Below, piece by piece: positions 25,192-38,949 of a DNA stretch of 64,000 nt (within the stretch, counting starts at the first letter, position 1; each line of letters starts with the position of its first letter). The notes beneath the pieces are model-generated. The model searched no databases. It had not been told where the DNA came from and was given only the letters and a program-made list of their open reading frames with translations. Origin of the DNA: Mytilus trossulus (Eukaryota); the NCBI RefSeq assembly GCF_036588685.1, contig NC_086379.1, positions 33,852,001-33,916,000 of the forward strand. Direction: 5' to 3'. Made by a program: the position numbers and the translations under genes.

Positions 25192-28100
25192 CAGTAATGT
25201 GCTTGTATACTGTGAAATGCGATCGTTCTCCACATACGTCTTTGTTTGAACCTTGACATTTGTATGTGCACTTTGATGAGTCTACTCCCTCTAAATTGTA
25301 AAGGGAATTAAGGCAGACACAGCAGTTGTACTACATTACAAAGAATATAGATACCTTACATGGATACCTTAAACAAGCACATTACAAAATATCGTAGCAA
25401 AAATAGCCTTATTTTTTTTTATTTTTTTTTTACAAAAACATACAAAGGTGTTCATTACCATTTAAGTCACAAGTCAGGATTGAATACAAATTATAAATGC
25501 TATTAAACAGGGTACGTCATTCATTCCTGGACAACCATTCTGAAAATTGATTCTGCGACTGATGACATCAAAACATAAAGCAAAAAGAACAATAGCTGTA
25601 AACAGTTGCAAGCTATATCTTTATACCACATTGCTTTGCATTTATAAGTCAATAAAAGATGCAACACCTTATTTCATTTCCGAAACACTATAGACTACAC
25701 AAGGTTTCTGTGGGGTTTTGCCTAGAGCCATCTTTATTTGTCTATGCTTTGTGCTGGTGTATTTCATGGTGTCGTTTTTTCTTGGTATTATCAGTTTCTT
25801 TTACTACTTTCGAATTTAAATATCCTTTTGGTATCTGTTGCCCCTATTTTATAACGGTAACAATAACTGAAACGCAGAAACCACAAAACAAATGTATTAC
25901 CTTTAGTGCAAAATATGGTAATATTTTACATTTCTCTGAGCAAAGTTGTGGGGATAATCTTTTAATATCATGGACATCATTACTATTCATTGCTCCAGAC
26001 TTGCTATAACATCCTACAAAACAAACAAAAAACATATTTCTATATCAACAATAATTAAATAAATTCAATAAAAAGGACATTTTGAATAGCCGAACACAAA
26101 TATTGTTAATAATTTATTATAATGGGATTGATGAAGGACAATTGTGAACACACTGTGATTGGAAGTCAAAACCTACAGCGGCATATTTCTTAGGCACAAT
26201 TACACGGTGGCATATCTAACCATGTAATCACGCTTTACATTTGTTATCAGAATAATTTTGAAATGCGACGAACAGTAACTGTAATGTTTATGCCATTTTA
26301 GAATACAAACGTCATATCACGATTTACGGGCGATTAGCGGCATAACATATATATTATAAGTATAAGATATTTAGAATACATTTTTGATCTCCGTTGCAGG
26401 CCTTGCCATTAAACTGAATATGTAATAATGGGAATTTGGAAGATTCCACTTTTTTAATATGTTTTGTGGCATTTTTACTTATATTAAGTGTTATGCTGAT
26501 AATATCATAACTTCTTCAATAAGCCTTTTCCTGATGATTGAGTGAACTTTGTATTTCGTGGCAGCTTGCAACGTTTGCAAATTTTGTAAAACGTCATTTC
26601 TATGTAGCCAGTAGTAAATGAATCATTATACATATTACTCAATTTATTTCACTTGACTGGGCGGAGTTTAACCGGTTCGCCCATAATAAACCAGTCCATC
26701 TATAGATAGGTGTATTAGGATAAACTCATCAATGAAGTGTCCAGTAATTCTTTTGTAAATTCCTTTGATGACACTGATAGGTGATTAGAAATCATTAATA
26801 ATTATAACGGCAATCATCCTTATCACACACATCTTCAAATAGACTTTCCTTATGCAAATAAAAACCTAGCTCCGCCCGATCAGTTGAAATAACATTGGTA
26901 ATACCAGGATTCAAATTTGCATTCAAGCCAGAAGCGTGTTTTTATGTACAAAAACCTTATCAGTGTCTCTCCAATCCAAAAGAAAATTTAAAAGCCAAAT
27001 GAATTACGAATTTGAAAGCATCGAGGATCAAAACGTTCCAAAAGTTTTGCAAAATACAGCTTAGGTTATCTATTCCTCAGGTAACTTATTTATGTACTAT
27101 ATCTTTAAGCTTATCTTTTATTCATACAGATCGTTTACTGTTTCGAGTCCTATACAACCTCCACTTAAAAATATTCGGCTTTAAGCGTTCCTGGTGAAAG
27201 TAATTTAAGAAAAGCACTTCAGACGCATGAAATGAAAAACGTGTTGTTTTCATTTTCTACTCACTTGGTCGATACCTCTACCGCTGGAATATCAGTCCCA
27301 AACGGTATCATCAGCTAGTATGTAGTCATTATTTCGGAACTGGCGTGATTTGTAACTAACCTTTCTAGAATTGCGCGTTAATAAATTTTGAAATTATAAA
27401 AAAAATTAAAAAAAATGAATATTGTTTTGTACTTTTGAGCATACCGCTACAGCTAGTGAAATATTTCGATTCGCCATGTTTTTATGAAACATCTACCAGC
27501 ATTATTCCTCGACTAAATGGTTGTACGCAAAATTTCGCACAGATACTTGCCTTATAAATAAGTATGCAAGGCACGTGTCAGTTCTACAAAATGATTTCCT
27601 CAGTGAAACTTAAGGTAGATCTTCGGCACAGTACTGTAGATTCAGAAATTATTGCGAGGTTTTTATTATTGCAAAAGTTGTAAACGTAATAATTTAAACT
27701 CGCATTTTGAAATGTTTTATATGAATTAATCAGGATTTTTCTCAAAATCGTAAAAATAAAATCGCATTTAAGTCTAAAATGACAAAATCGCAATCATTTC
27801 TGAATTTACAGTATTTGTTTTCCGCTATACCATGTTCTTATACTTTGTCAAAATGTGGATTTTACTATGCTCTTTTAAAAAATTTAATAAAAACCATGGG
27901 TCACCAATCTTTTGTTCAAGAATTGACTCGTTGAAAATTGCCTAAAATTGCTTAGATTGTTCATGAATAAAAACATGTTGGTGCATAAAAAGAAATCTAT
28001 GAAATATAATTATAAAATAAATTGTGAGAAGATAGGTTTTATAAGAAGTTTTAAAGTCATACACAACTACTTTTGCATAGGTACTATTTCTGTACTAAAA

Positions 28101-31100
28101 ATGCAGTACTAGAAATTTATTTTTAATATTTAGTACTATTTCTTTACTTTAAAACTATTGTAATATTTTGATACTTGTATTTTGAAGTACTTGATTTGTA
28201 CAAAATATTATTGTACAGAAATAGTACAATATTTCATGTTTGAAAATCATAACTTAAAAAGAGATTTAAAATAGAAAAACTTTCAAAATGCTAAATATTT
28301 AAAGATAGTAACCAAAAATTGGTAGTACCTTAATTTCAAGTAATCATAAAGTACTGTAAAATACAGGTACATAAATATCACAATAATTTTAGTGTAACAA
28401 AATAGTATTGAATATGAAAAGTAGATTTCCAGTACTACAATTTTTTAGTACAGAAATAGTACCTATGAAAAAGTAGCTGTGTATGAAACGAGTGAGTGAT
28501 GAAAAATAATGTTTATCCATTTCTTGAACCAATGCATGTATATATCATTGAAGTCGAAGTTTACTGATTGTCACCTTATAGTAAATAAATAACAAAAAGC
28601 ATGGGTATTGAGCACATGTTTCACATGTACAACCAGATAATTGGTTATTTTAATGACAGATTCATGCGTATTGCGATCACCCATTTTTTACGAGGAGGGT
28701 TACGCTGAGGACACTATGCATACCGAAAATATTTCGAAGAATTGCTTCCTGGAAGCAAGCAATTAAAAAAAGGTAAACTTCATCTAAATGTGGACAAATT
28801 AAAGAATGTTCATCAGAAAAAAATATATGTACATAAGTTGTATAATGAAAACTATCCATTTAGTTATAAAAAAAACATATGCATCATTTTTTTTAATTTG
28901 AGGTTTCTTATAACTTTAAGAAAATAAAAATAAAACATGTTTTCACAGAAACATTTTTCTCGCTACAAATAAAACATTTCCATATCAGTCAAGTATAAAT
29001 ATTTTGTTTAAATAGTTATCTCTCCTTAAATGGCTTGCTTGAAAAAAATGATTCTAAAACACAAATGTGTGTTATTTGTTTAGATGTTTTAAATGATGCA
29101 ATAAGCTAGAAAGTTATCTTGATATAGTTATACTGTCTCACCAATACAATTGCACCTCTGTCTACAAATTTGCAAATTTGAGCAAATAACTAGAATGCTT
29201 GTGCACTGCAATAGTACAATTCAAAATGGCGGTATATCATGAATATACCTTAAATCTATACACAAAAAAATACAGGTATGTTGGACAAGTTTTTATGATA
29301 TTACTAATATTATTATGCATATCGCCTCAGCAAGCTTTAATGTCAAAATAAGACGACTTTGCATATATATATATATATATGTTACAGGCATTTTCTAAAT
29401 TTAGGCATTTTGTAAAAGACTGAAATTTTTAGGCATTTTCTAAAATGCCTGCATGATTTAGGCATTTTACAAATTGACTATTTTTATCAGGCATTTTATA
29501 AAATGCCTGAAAAAAATGTAAGGCATTTTACAAAATGCCTAAAAGATTAGAAACTGAATTGAATGAACTCAATATTTAACGACTTGAAATATCAAATAGA
29601 TAATTCTATTCTATCATTACATATGGCAAGCAATTTAAACGGCAGCAGTCCCTTTGCGCCAATTACTGTTTTTCCGTAGTATCATTTCGCCAAATTTTGT
29701 TTTCCAAATGCATCAATTGCGTCAATATTTGGAGTTCATTTGCGCCAATTTACCCGTATGCATCATGCACATATCTATCATAAATATATATATTTTTTTA
29801 TTTTTGGCTTAACCCTTTCCTCCATTGATTTTTTTTTTTGGCATTCTTGATTCGCATAGGATTTTTTTGATAAAATGCTGAACTTATGCTTTGAAGTATT
29901 AAAGCATTGTGAAAAACAACTATTTCATCAAATAAATTTAAGTCAGATATTCCTATGATATTCCTTTTCATATTGGATACAAACTTTATTAAGTCAACTG
30001 CAGACAAAAGGCGTCATTATGGAGGAAAGGGTTAAACAGTATCATATGTTCGAAAATATTTCAGGAAAGGAAACATTTGTCGTGTAAACTGCCGGCTCTA
30101 AGTCAGAATAAAGGTGGAGGGAAGTTATTTTTCCTCTAATTGGCGCAATCATATGTTTTATTTTTGGCGCAAATGATACCATGTAATTTTAAAACAGGTG
30201 GCGCAAACGTAACATTGGAAAAAAAAAGTTGTGGCGCAAAAGGACGCATTTTTGGCGCAAACGGATTTCTCCCATTTAAACAGTTGCAGTTTTATAATTG
30301 TAATTAAATCATTTACATAAACACTGAAGATGGCTTTTATTTGTTGCTTCTTGTAATGTTTGGGTGACAGCGACTGTAACATATTTGTCCTGACTTTTTG
30401 CAAAGACAACTCTTAGTGTTACATCTAGTCTTACCACTAGCACTAGAGCCACATTTTGTGTAACCCTGAACATCACGTAAAGAAACTTTACTGAAAGCTT
30501 TTCTAAAGGATATTTCATTATCATAATTGCAGATCTCCTAAGAGTCTACAGAATTGACACTTGTTTTGAAAACTTTTAAATAAGTTATAGCTCAACAGAA
30601 GAAATGCACCTAGTTTTGCATATGATAATAATCCGAGGAATGTCCTTTAATTCCAATCTTAAATTTGTTCAAAATAGTTTCATAGTTTTCTCTGTTCCAT
30701 ATAACACTTTTCTGATCAGAGTCAACATGTTCAATTAGTTGGTTTGTAAATCTTTGTTCAGGTGTAAGGACAAAATGCCCTTCTTCCATAATGAAAGAAG
30801 ATCATTAATGAACTACAGATCGAGTTAGTACAAACTCATAGTTGTTGCTCTATGGAGTTTCTAATTATAGACATTAAAACTAGTAAAACATGAAAACTTA
30901 ACCTGCAGGCTACATTTTTTAAAGAATAATCTTAACTTTATTTTACTCAACACTTTTTTGTAGCTTTACAATATATTTCTATCATCTATTTCATGTATTT
31001 CCTATTTACACAATTTTCCTGAAACAGACCAGGCAATTTGTGAAATTTTCATCAAAAATTTCAGGCATTTTACAAAATGACTAGATTTTTTTGGGCATTT

Positions 31101-34100
31101 TGTAAAATGCCTGTCAACTTTGGGCATTTTAGAAAATGCCTGAAAATTCAGTCATTTTACAAAATGCCTAAATTTAGAAAATGCCTGTAACATATATATA
31201 TAACTCGTCTAAACATAAACCCAACAATGTAAGATCTGTAAATTTGCTTTCGCAAATTTTTGGTTCTTCCCTCGCCGGGATTCGAACCCATGCTACTGTA
31301 ATATCGTGACACAAAATCGCCTGCACAGCAGCCGTCCCGCTGGACCACACGACCACCTGGGCTCTCTAGCGGCGTACTACAGTACATGATATATAAGGCA
31401 TGAAGATGTTATTGTTACAGATCACCTAAATTATCTATAGTAAAGGATCCTACAAATTAATGTAAAATACAGTCACAGAAAATAATTATATTCATAAGTA
31501 CGTCTGAGTCATTGACAACCCTACAACAGATTTATCCATCGGATCGCCATCAATGATGGTGATACATGGCTGTGTACATAATGTATAAACAACTCGTCTA
31601 GACATCAACCCAACAATGTTAGATCTGTAAATTTGCTTTCGTAAATTTTTGGTTCTTCCCTCGCCGGGATTCGAACCCATGCTACTATGATATCGTGACA
31701 CCAAATCGCCTGCACTGCACCCGTCCCGCTAGACCACACGACCACATGGGCTCTCAAAAAAAGAGCTTTCGCTGGCCATGTGTTACCTTTCCACGTCAGT
31801 TTTAATCTAGCGGCGTACTACATTACATGATATATAAGGCATGAAGATGTTATTGTTACAGATCACCTAAATTATCTATAGTAAAGGATCCTACAAATTA
31901 ATGTAAGATACAGTCACAGAAAATAATTATATTCATAAGTACGTCTGAGTCAGTGACAACCCTACAACAGATGTATCCATCGGATCGCCATCAATGATGG
32001 TGATACATGGCTGTGTACATAATGTATAAACAACTCGTCTAAACATCAACCCAACAATGTTAGATCTGTAAATTTGCTTTCGTAAATGTTTGGTTCTTCC
32101 CTGCCGGGATTCGAACCCATGCTTCTATGATATCGTGACACCAAATCGCCTGCACTGCACCCGTCCCGCTAGACCACACGACCACCTGGGCTCTCAAAAA
32201 AAGAGCTTTCGCTGGCCATGTGTTACCTTTCCACGTCAGTTTTAATCTAGCGGCGTACTACAGTACATGATATATAAGGCATGAAGATGTTATTGTTACA
32301 GATCAGCTAAATTATCTATAATAAAGGATCCTACAAATTAATGTAAGATACAGTCACAGAAAATAATTATATTCATAAGTACGTCTGAGTCAGTGACAAC
32401 CCTACAACAGATGTATCCATCGGATCGCCATCAATGATGGTGATACATGGCTGTGTACATCATGTATATACAACTCGTCTAAACATCAACCCAACAATGT
32501 AAGATCTGTAAATTTGCTTTCGCAAATTTTTGGTTCTTCCCTCCCTGGGATTCGAACCCATGCTACTGTGATATCGTGACACCAAATCGCCTGCACTGCA
32601 CCCGTCCCTCTAGATCACACGACCACCTGGGCTCTCAAAACAGAGTTTCCGCTGGCAATGTGTTACCTTTCCACGTCAGTTTTAATCTAGCGGCGTACTA
32701 CAGTACATGTTATATAAGGCATGAAGATGTTATTGTTACAGATCAGCTAAATTATCTATAGTAAAGGATTCTACAAATGAACGTAAGATACAGTCACAGA
32801 AAATAATTATATTCATAAGTACGTCTGAGTCAGTGACAACCCTACAACAGATGTATCCATCGGATCGCCATCAATGATGGTGATACATGGCTGTGTACAT
32901 CATGTATATACAACTCGTCTAAACATCAACCCAACAATGTAAGATCTGTAAATTTGCTTTCGCAAATTTTTGGTTCTTCCCTCCCCGGGATTCGAACCCA
33001 TGCTACTGTGATATCGTGACACCAAATCGCCTGCACTGCACCCGTCCCTCTAGATCACACGACCACCTGGGCTCTCAAAACAGAGTTTTCGCTGGCAATG
33101 TGTTACCTTTCCACGTCAGTTTTAATCTAGCGGCGTACTACAGTACATGTTATATAAGGCATGAAGATGTTATTGTTACAGATCAGCTAAATTATCTATA
33201 GTAAAGGATTCTACAAATGAATGTAAGATACAGGCACAGAAAATAATTATATTCATAAGTACGTCTGAGTCAGTGACAACCCTACAACAGATTTATCCAT
33301 CGGATCACCGTTAATGATGGTGATACATGGCTGTTTACATAATGTATATACAACTCGTCTAAACATCAACCCAACAATGTTAGATCTGTAAATTTGCTTT
33401 TGCAAATTTTGGGTTCTTCCCTCGCCGGGATTCGAACCCATACTACTGTGATATCGTGACACCAAATCGCCTGTACTGCACCCGTCCCGCTAGAAAACAC
33501 GACCACCTAAGCCCTCAAAAACAGAGCTTTCGCTGGCCATGTGTTACCTTTCCACGTCAGTTTTAATCTAGCGGCGTACTACAGTACATGTTATATAAGG
33601 CATGAAGATGTTATTGTTACAGATCAGCTAAATTATCTATAGTAAAGGATTCTACAAATGAATGTAAGATACAGTCACAGAAAATAATTATATTCATAAG
33701 TACGTCTGAGTCAGTGACAACCCTACAACAGATTTATCCATCGGATCGCCGTTAATGATGGTGATACATGGCTGTGTACATAATGTATATACAACTCGTC
33801 TAAACATCAACCCAACAATGTTAGATCTGTAAATTTGCTTTCGCAAATTTTTGGTTTTTCCCTCGCCAGGATTCAAACCCATGCAACTGTGATATCGTGA
33901 CACCAAATCGCCTGCACTGCACCCGTCCCGCTAGAAAACACGACCACCTGGGCCCTCAAAAACAGAGCTTTCGCTGGCCGTGTGTTACCTTTCCACGTCA
34001 GTTTTAATCTAGCGGCGTACTACAGTACATGATATATAAGGCATGAAGATGTTATTGTTACAGATCACCTAAATTATCTATAGTAAAGGATCCTACAAAT

Positions 34101-36484
34101 TAATGTAAGATACAGTCACAGAAAATAATTATATTCATAAGTACGTCTGAGTCAGTGACAACCCTACAACAGATGTATCTATCGAATCGCCATCAATGAT
34201 GGTGATACATGGCTGTGTACATAATGTATAAACAACTCGTCTAAACATCAACCCAACAATGTTAGATCTGTAAATTTGCTTTTGCAAATTTTGGGTTCTT
34301 CCCTCGCCGGGATTCGAACCCATACTACTGTGATATCGTGACACCAAATCGCCTGTACTGCAGCCGTCCCGCTAGACCACGCGACCACCTGGGCTCTCAA
34401 AAAAAGAGCTTTCGCTGGCCATGTGTTACCTTTCCACATGGGATGTGTGGGCTAGTGACTGTCGGTGCCTTATGTAGTTTGCTTTTCGGATTGAGGCAAG
34501 GCTCCGTTTTGAAGACCCTGCAAGAACTTATATGGTTTACTTTAAAATTTATAAACTGGGATGTTTAAACACGTTCTACTTGGGATAAATAGATAAATTC
34601 AGAATGTACAAAAACTAAATTACGTATACTCAATACGATAACAAACAAACTGAAAATTTTTGAAAAAGACACAATTTTGCATCAGGCAGATTACAAAGTA
34701 ACTCTTCTTTTATTTAGGCATATTGCTATATCATGAACCAGAGTAACATAATGTATTTGTAGCACAAACTTCTTCTTTCTATTAGCCATTGATATCAGTT
34801 GTCAATTGTTGAAAGTGCTGCTGTGTATTTTATCTATCAAATTTAAGGAACAATGACATTCGTTGATTTTATGATTACCGTGATGAATCATCCACTGTGT
34901 GTTTAAATAAATGCCACCAGCCCAACCAGCGTACTCCTTGTTATATAAATAATGCAGATTGTTCTCAGAAACTAAGCTACAGTAACTTAAACTGTCTATC
35001 CAATTTCTTCTTCTGGTGGTCATAAACATGCCATTGTCTGAAATAAAAACAAATCAAGCACAACATTGCACCTGTTCTAAGTCAGGAATCTGATTTTCAG
35101 TAGTTGTCGTTTGTTGGTGTGGTTCATAAGTGTTCTCGTGTTTTACATATTATAGCCAGTTGGTTGTCCAGTTTGAATGGTTTTGCGCTAGTGACTGTTG
35201 GTGCCTTATGTAGTTTGCTATTCGGATTGAGGCAAGGCTCCGTTTTGAAGACCCTGCAAGAACTTATATGGTTTACTTTAAAATTTATAAATTGTGACTT
35301 TGACGAAGAATTGTGACATTGTCATTTATACCACATCTTTTTATATCTATATAATATTTCCCTAGTTTATTTCAGAACGAACAAATTTAATGGAACACCC
35401 AGCTCATTAATTTCAGTTAATTCATAAACACAAGTTAAATTTATATTGATCCATCAAATCACCAACTGTTGATTTATAAAAAATAGATATAACAGAGTGG
35501 CATGTGCAAATGTCCTCGGATATTGACCGTCTACCATCTGTATATTTGACCTCCTGAAAGATTAGTTTTGGCAAATGAAGTAATATTCTGTTCTAATAAA
35601 AGATTTATTGTGTATATCGTTTTCTGATGTTGAACACACAAAGGTAACCGTGAAACTTGAGATATATACAAAGTCAATTTTGAGGTTTTTATGGTATTTT
35701 TTTTTACTAAAATAATGCATATATAAGATCTAAGACAATAATGTGCAGTAGTTAGTTTTAAGAATACTCTTCACTTCAAGGAGATATTTTATTCATGGCA
35801 TGCTGTATCAAATCCATCTTCACCAGTTACTAAAAGTTTTTGATTTATAACGCTCTAAGTCTATATGAAAATTGTTAAAGAGTCTAGGGGAAACAATGTA
35901 ATGCATGGTTTTATATCAGCATTGCTTTTACTGTTTTGACTAGACGCCATTAAATAAACCACTGAGATAACCTTCGCCTTCGAATTATATTATGGACGTA
36001 TGCCCACAGGTACACATTCAGATGAACATAAACTCACAATTAAATACTTCGAATTATGATGGGATGCTGTGTATGATATCATGTCAGTGAGTTCAAAAAT
36101 AAGTAAATATTTGTTTGCGCGCATAATCAGTTAGTATCCCAATTTTCACCAATGTCCTCTGTGAATGTTAAGTATTAGTTAAAGTCAAATGAATAAGCTA
36201 TCAAATGAGCCTGCTAGTAAATATTTGTTTTCTTTCTGTTAAGCAATGTTGATCAGCTTATGTGTACAAAATAAAATCTAATGGGTTCTTGGATGAAAAA
36301 TATTATTTCGCCATATGCTTTCATAAATGTTATATATCAAATGAAGGGTATTAGTATAAGTTAATGTTTCAAACATAAGTTATGTCCTTAAAACTTGTTA
36401 AAACATATTGCAATTACCTGTTTTCACTTTCCATGGTAAGAAACTAAAGACACATAAAATAGTCCAAATAGTTTTTAAAGTCAT
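25192..36484 (-). CDS. Secreted WSC-domain protein (5' part); exons 36484-36418, 35037-34879, 26013-25901, 25330-25192; 3' continuation uncertain
   Basis: MTLKTIWTILCVFSFLPWKVKT (signal peptide)|DNGMFMTTRRRNWIDSLSYC...QWMIHH|GCYSKSG...SPQLCSEKCKILPYFALK|YNCCVCLNS...SSKCTYKCQGSNKDVCGERSHFTVYK matches the WSC cysteine pattern; GT-AG junctions in phase. Confidence 0.8.
27632..27813. mobile_element. TA-flanked MITE, same family as 15774-15983
   Basis: TACTGTAGATTCAGAAATTATTGCG ... CGCAATCATTTCTGAATTTACAGTA. Confidence 0.8.
28062..28481. mobile_element. MITE with CAC...GTG termini and TA flanks (CMC/EnSpm-like by inference)
   Basis: CACAACTACTTTTGCATAGGTACTATTTCTGTACTAAAA vs TTTTAGTACAGAAATAGTACCTATGAAAAAGTAGCTGTG; long imperfect inverted arms. 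Confidence 0.7.
29380..31192 (-). mobile_element. Internally deleted Ginger2/TDD-type DNA transposon in a (TA)n site
   Basis: TIRs TGTTACAGGCATTTTCTAAATTTAGGCATTTTGTAAAA / TTTTACAAAATGCCTAAATTTAGAAAATGCCTGTAACA, with many GGCATTTT repeats and TATA flanks. Minus-strand remnant 30525-30337 EISFRKAFSKVS...QGYTKCG...RCNTKSCLCKKSGQICYSRCHPNITRSNK* matches the KRBA2-like Ginger2 C-terminal Cys motif. Confidence 0.8.
29641..30273. mobile_element. Nested TIR element with TTGCGCCAA subterminal repeats and an 8-bp TSD
   Basis: GGCAGCAGTCCCTTTGCGCCAA / TTGGCGCAAACGGATTTCTCCC; ATTTAAAC at 29633-40 and 30274-81. Confidence 0.75.
31193..34437 (-). repeat. Tandem array of ~7.4 units of 440-441 bp, each with a tRNA-derived (SINE-like) Pol III head
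   Basis: CATAAGTACGTCTGAGTC recurs at ~31493, 31934, 32374, 32814, 33254, 33695 and 34136. Minus strand has an A-box-like GGTGGTCGTGTGGTCTAGCG and a B-box GGGTTCGAATCCC in each unit. Confidence 0.93.
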
Positions 36485-37099
36485 ATCTATGTTTCACTTC
36501 ATGTCGCTACAAAGACACATGTCCTGTCACTAAATTGATCAACATCACAATAACATCCTGTTAATTTGTGCAATTAATAATATTACGATATTTATATTGG
36601 TAGTGAAACTATAGCCTCTTCATGCACAAATTTGGAAAATAGATTTTAGGAAATGTTATATTGTTCATTTGTGTTAATTGCGGAAATGAAAATAAGGTGA
36701 AGTGTAAAGCGCTTGAACATGATCTGATATCACTGGGGAAAAAACAAATTAAAAATAAATTATTTCCTCTCACCAACTTTCCTATTTTCCCGGAAAAATC
36801 AGCTGGTTGAGAGCCAAAAAAGGCAGACAGGAACGGATGTCCAGCAGACCAAGCACAGTAATACTAAAGGGCTTTTATATGACTTTCTGGACAAATTTTA
36901 CGTTTTATGTTTTGTACATTTGAATAGATTTATTTTTACGCTTTTAGATGTATGTGTTGGTACCCAGCCTACATGATCTGAAATTGGAAAGAAGTAGTTT
37001 GTAATAAGTTTTACATCTCATTATATTAGCTACGATTATACTTAGTCTATTTCTTTATGGAAAGCAAATTAACATTTATCTTATTAATTACCTGGATAT

Positions 37100-38345
37100 A
37101 GCCCTGACATTTATTCTGACTATGACCTAACAATAATAATGATTATAACGCTAATCTTTATCATGACTACAACCATAACCCCGATGCTAGCTACCCGAAC
37201 ATTAATGTTTGTTTACTATACCCCCAAATTTATCCTAAATATAACCCAAACGTAATTTTACTATAACCCTTATCATAAATGTGACAATAACCATAACTCT
37301 AATGATGTTTATAACCTTAACCCTAATGCTGACATGGCCCTAACCCTATCCTTGTCCTGATTATAACCTTTACCTAAAAAGTGACACTTAGCATAATCAT
37401 AAAGGTGAATATAATCCTTGTCATCTTACTGACTATAACCCTTACCATAATGCTGGTTGTAAGTCTTACCTTAATGCTTGTCATGACATTTTCCTTTATG
37501 CTGACATTTACCCTAACCCGATCGCTAACTACTAGTATAACCCTAACCCTAGTGCTTGACAATAACAGTTATTCTGACTTTTCTTCACTTACCGTAATGC
37601 TGACTAAACCCTATCCCTTATGTAGATTTAAACCCTCAGCCCCTATGTTGGCTATAACTCTCACCGTATTGGTGACTATAAACCTAACCCTTTTATGAAA
37701 CCTTAACCCTAACCATAATGCTGGCTATAACCCTAAATATTATTGTGAAAATAACTGTAACCCGATTGCTGGATATAATCTTAACCTCAGTTCTGACAAA
37801 AATCTTAACAATAATGTTGATTATAACGCTAACCCTAGTGCTGACCACATCCCTTAATATAACGCTGGCTATAATTCAAACCTTAATATTGACCCTAACC
37901 CTAAACGGAATGAAAACTATGATCTGTCCATATTCAACAGGCTGACTAATAACCCTTACTCTGACCATCATAGTGACTAGTACCCTAGCTATAATGCTGA
38001 TTATAACGCTATCCCAAATGCTGACCTATAACATAACCCTGGTTACGGATCATAACCCTAATATCGACTCAAAACGTAAACGTAAATGTGGCTATAACCC
38101 AGATCCTATTTCTGGTATCATTACTAACCTTTACGATAGACATAATACTAACCCTTATGATAACCATACTGCTAGCCCTATCAATGCCTATATCTCTTAC
38201 CCTAATAATGATAAAAACCTTCACCCTTATGATGACTATAATATAAACCCAAAAGCTGAATATAACCCTTACTCAAATGATGACTACATGTGTAGCCCTT
38301 ACCGTTTTGCTGGCTATAACCCTAACCTTAATAGTGACCAAATAG
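37100..38345. repeat. Degenerate telomere-like (TAACCC)-based minisatellite
   Basis: Recurrent ATAACCCTAACCCTAATGCTGACT-like 18-24-bp units; the ORFs here are low-complexity artefacts. Confidence 0.75.
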
Positions 38346-38949
38346 TGACCAAAAAAACTCACCTTATTAGAGGTCGGTCATTTAAAGACACATCAACCGT
38401 AATATATACGTTGACGTATCCGAATCTGTAGATAAAAAAAAAAAGTATATGATCCCGAGCTTTAATTTCATGTACTTTAAATAATTCAAATGGGCGACTG
38501 ATTAATTTCTAATGCAGAAATTTACAAAACAATAAGAAAATATCGAGTTTTTGTGAATATGTATCCCTACTTTTAAAGATATTCCGGATAGTTGGAACAG
38601 TTTACAGGTATGATAGGAGTGAATACGGTAATTCGTTTGTTTGTGTATGAACTTGTGCTCACGAAGAACCAAATTGACAATTCCGCGCTTCACACAAAAT
38701 GTACTTCGGTCAACGCTTTTACACCCCAATGAAGTTACAAAAAGAAGCATTCAATTCTTAAAAAAAATATAAAAATGATCGGACATTTTTTATTAACCTG
38801 AATCTAGAATGTTCAAGAATGATAAAAGCAAGATGCGTTGAGAAATCCTTCAAGTAAAAACTGTTAAAGATGACAAATGTGTACCTTGAAAAGGCTGATG
38901 TGATTATATGTTACAGTGTATAAAACATGTATTTGTCTTGCTGTGGATG

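Noticed and set aside
27610-29253. TTAA-flanked Kolobok-like element enclosing two MITEs
   Set aside because: Terminal match is too short (TTAAGGTA/TACCTTAA) to support the boundaries.
31193-34437. CRISPR array, true tRNA gene cluster, or repeated 61-76 aa proteins
   Set aside because: No unique spacers and a eukaryotic context; acceptor and anticodon stems do not pair properly; the ORFs are repeat by-products broken in some units.
37374-38431. Hydrophobic and Asn/Pro/Tyr-rich ORFs
   Set aside because: Translations of a TAACCC-based minisatellite; no splice or domain support.
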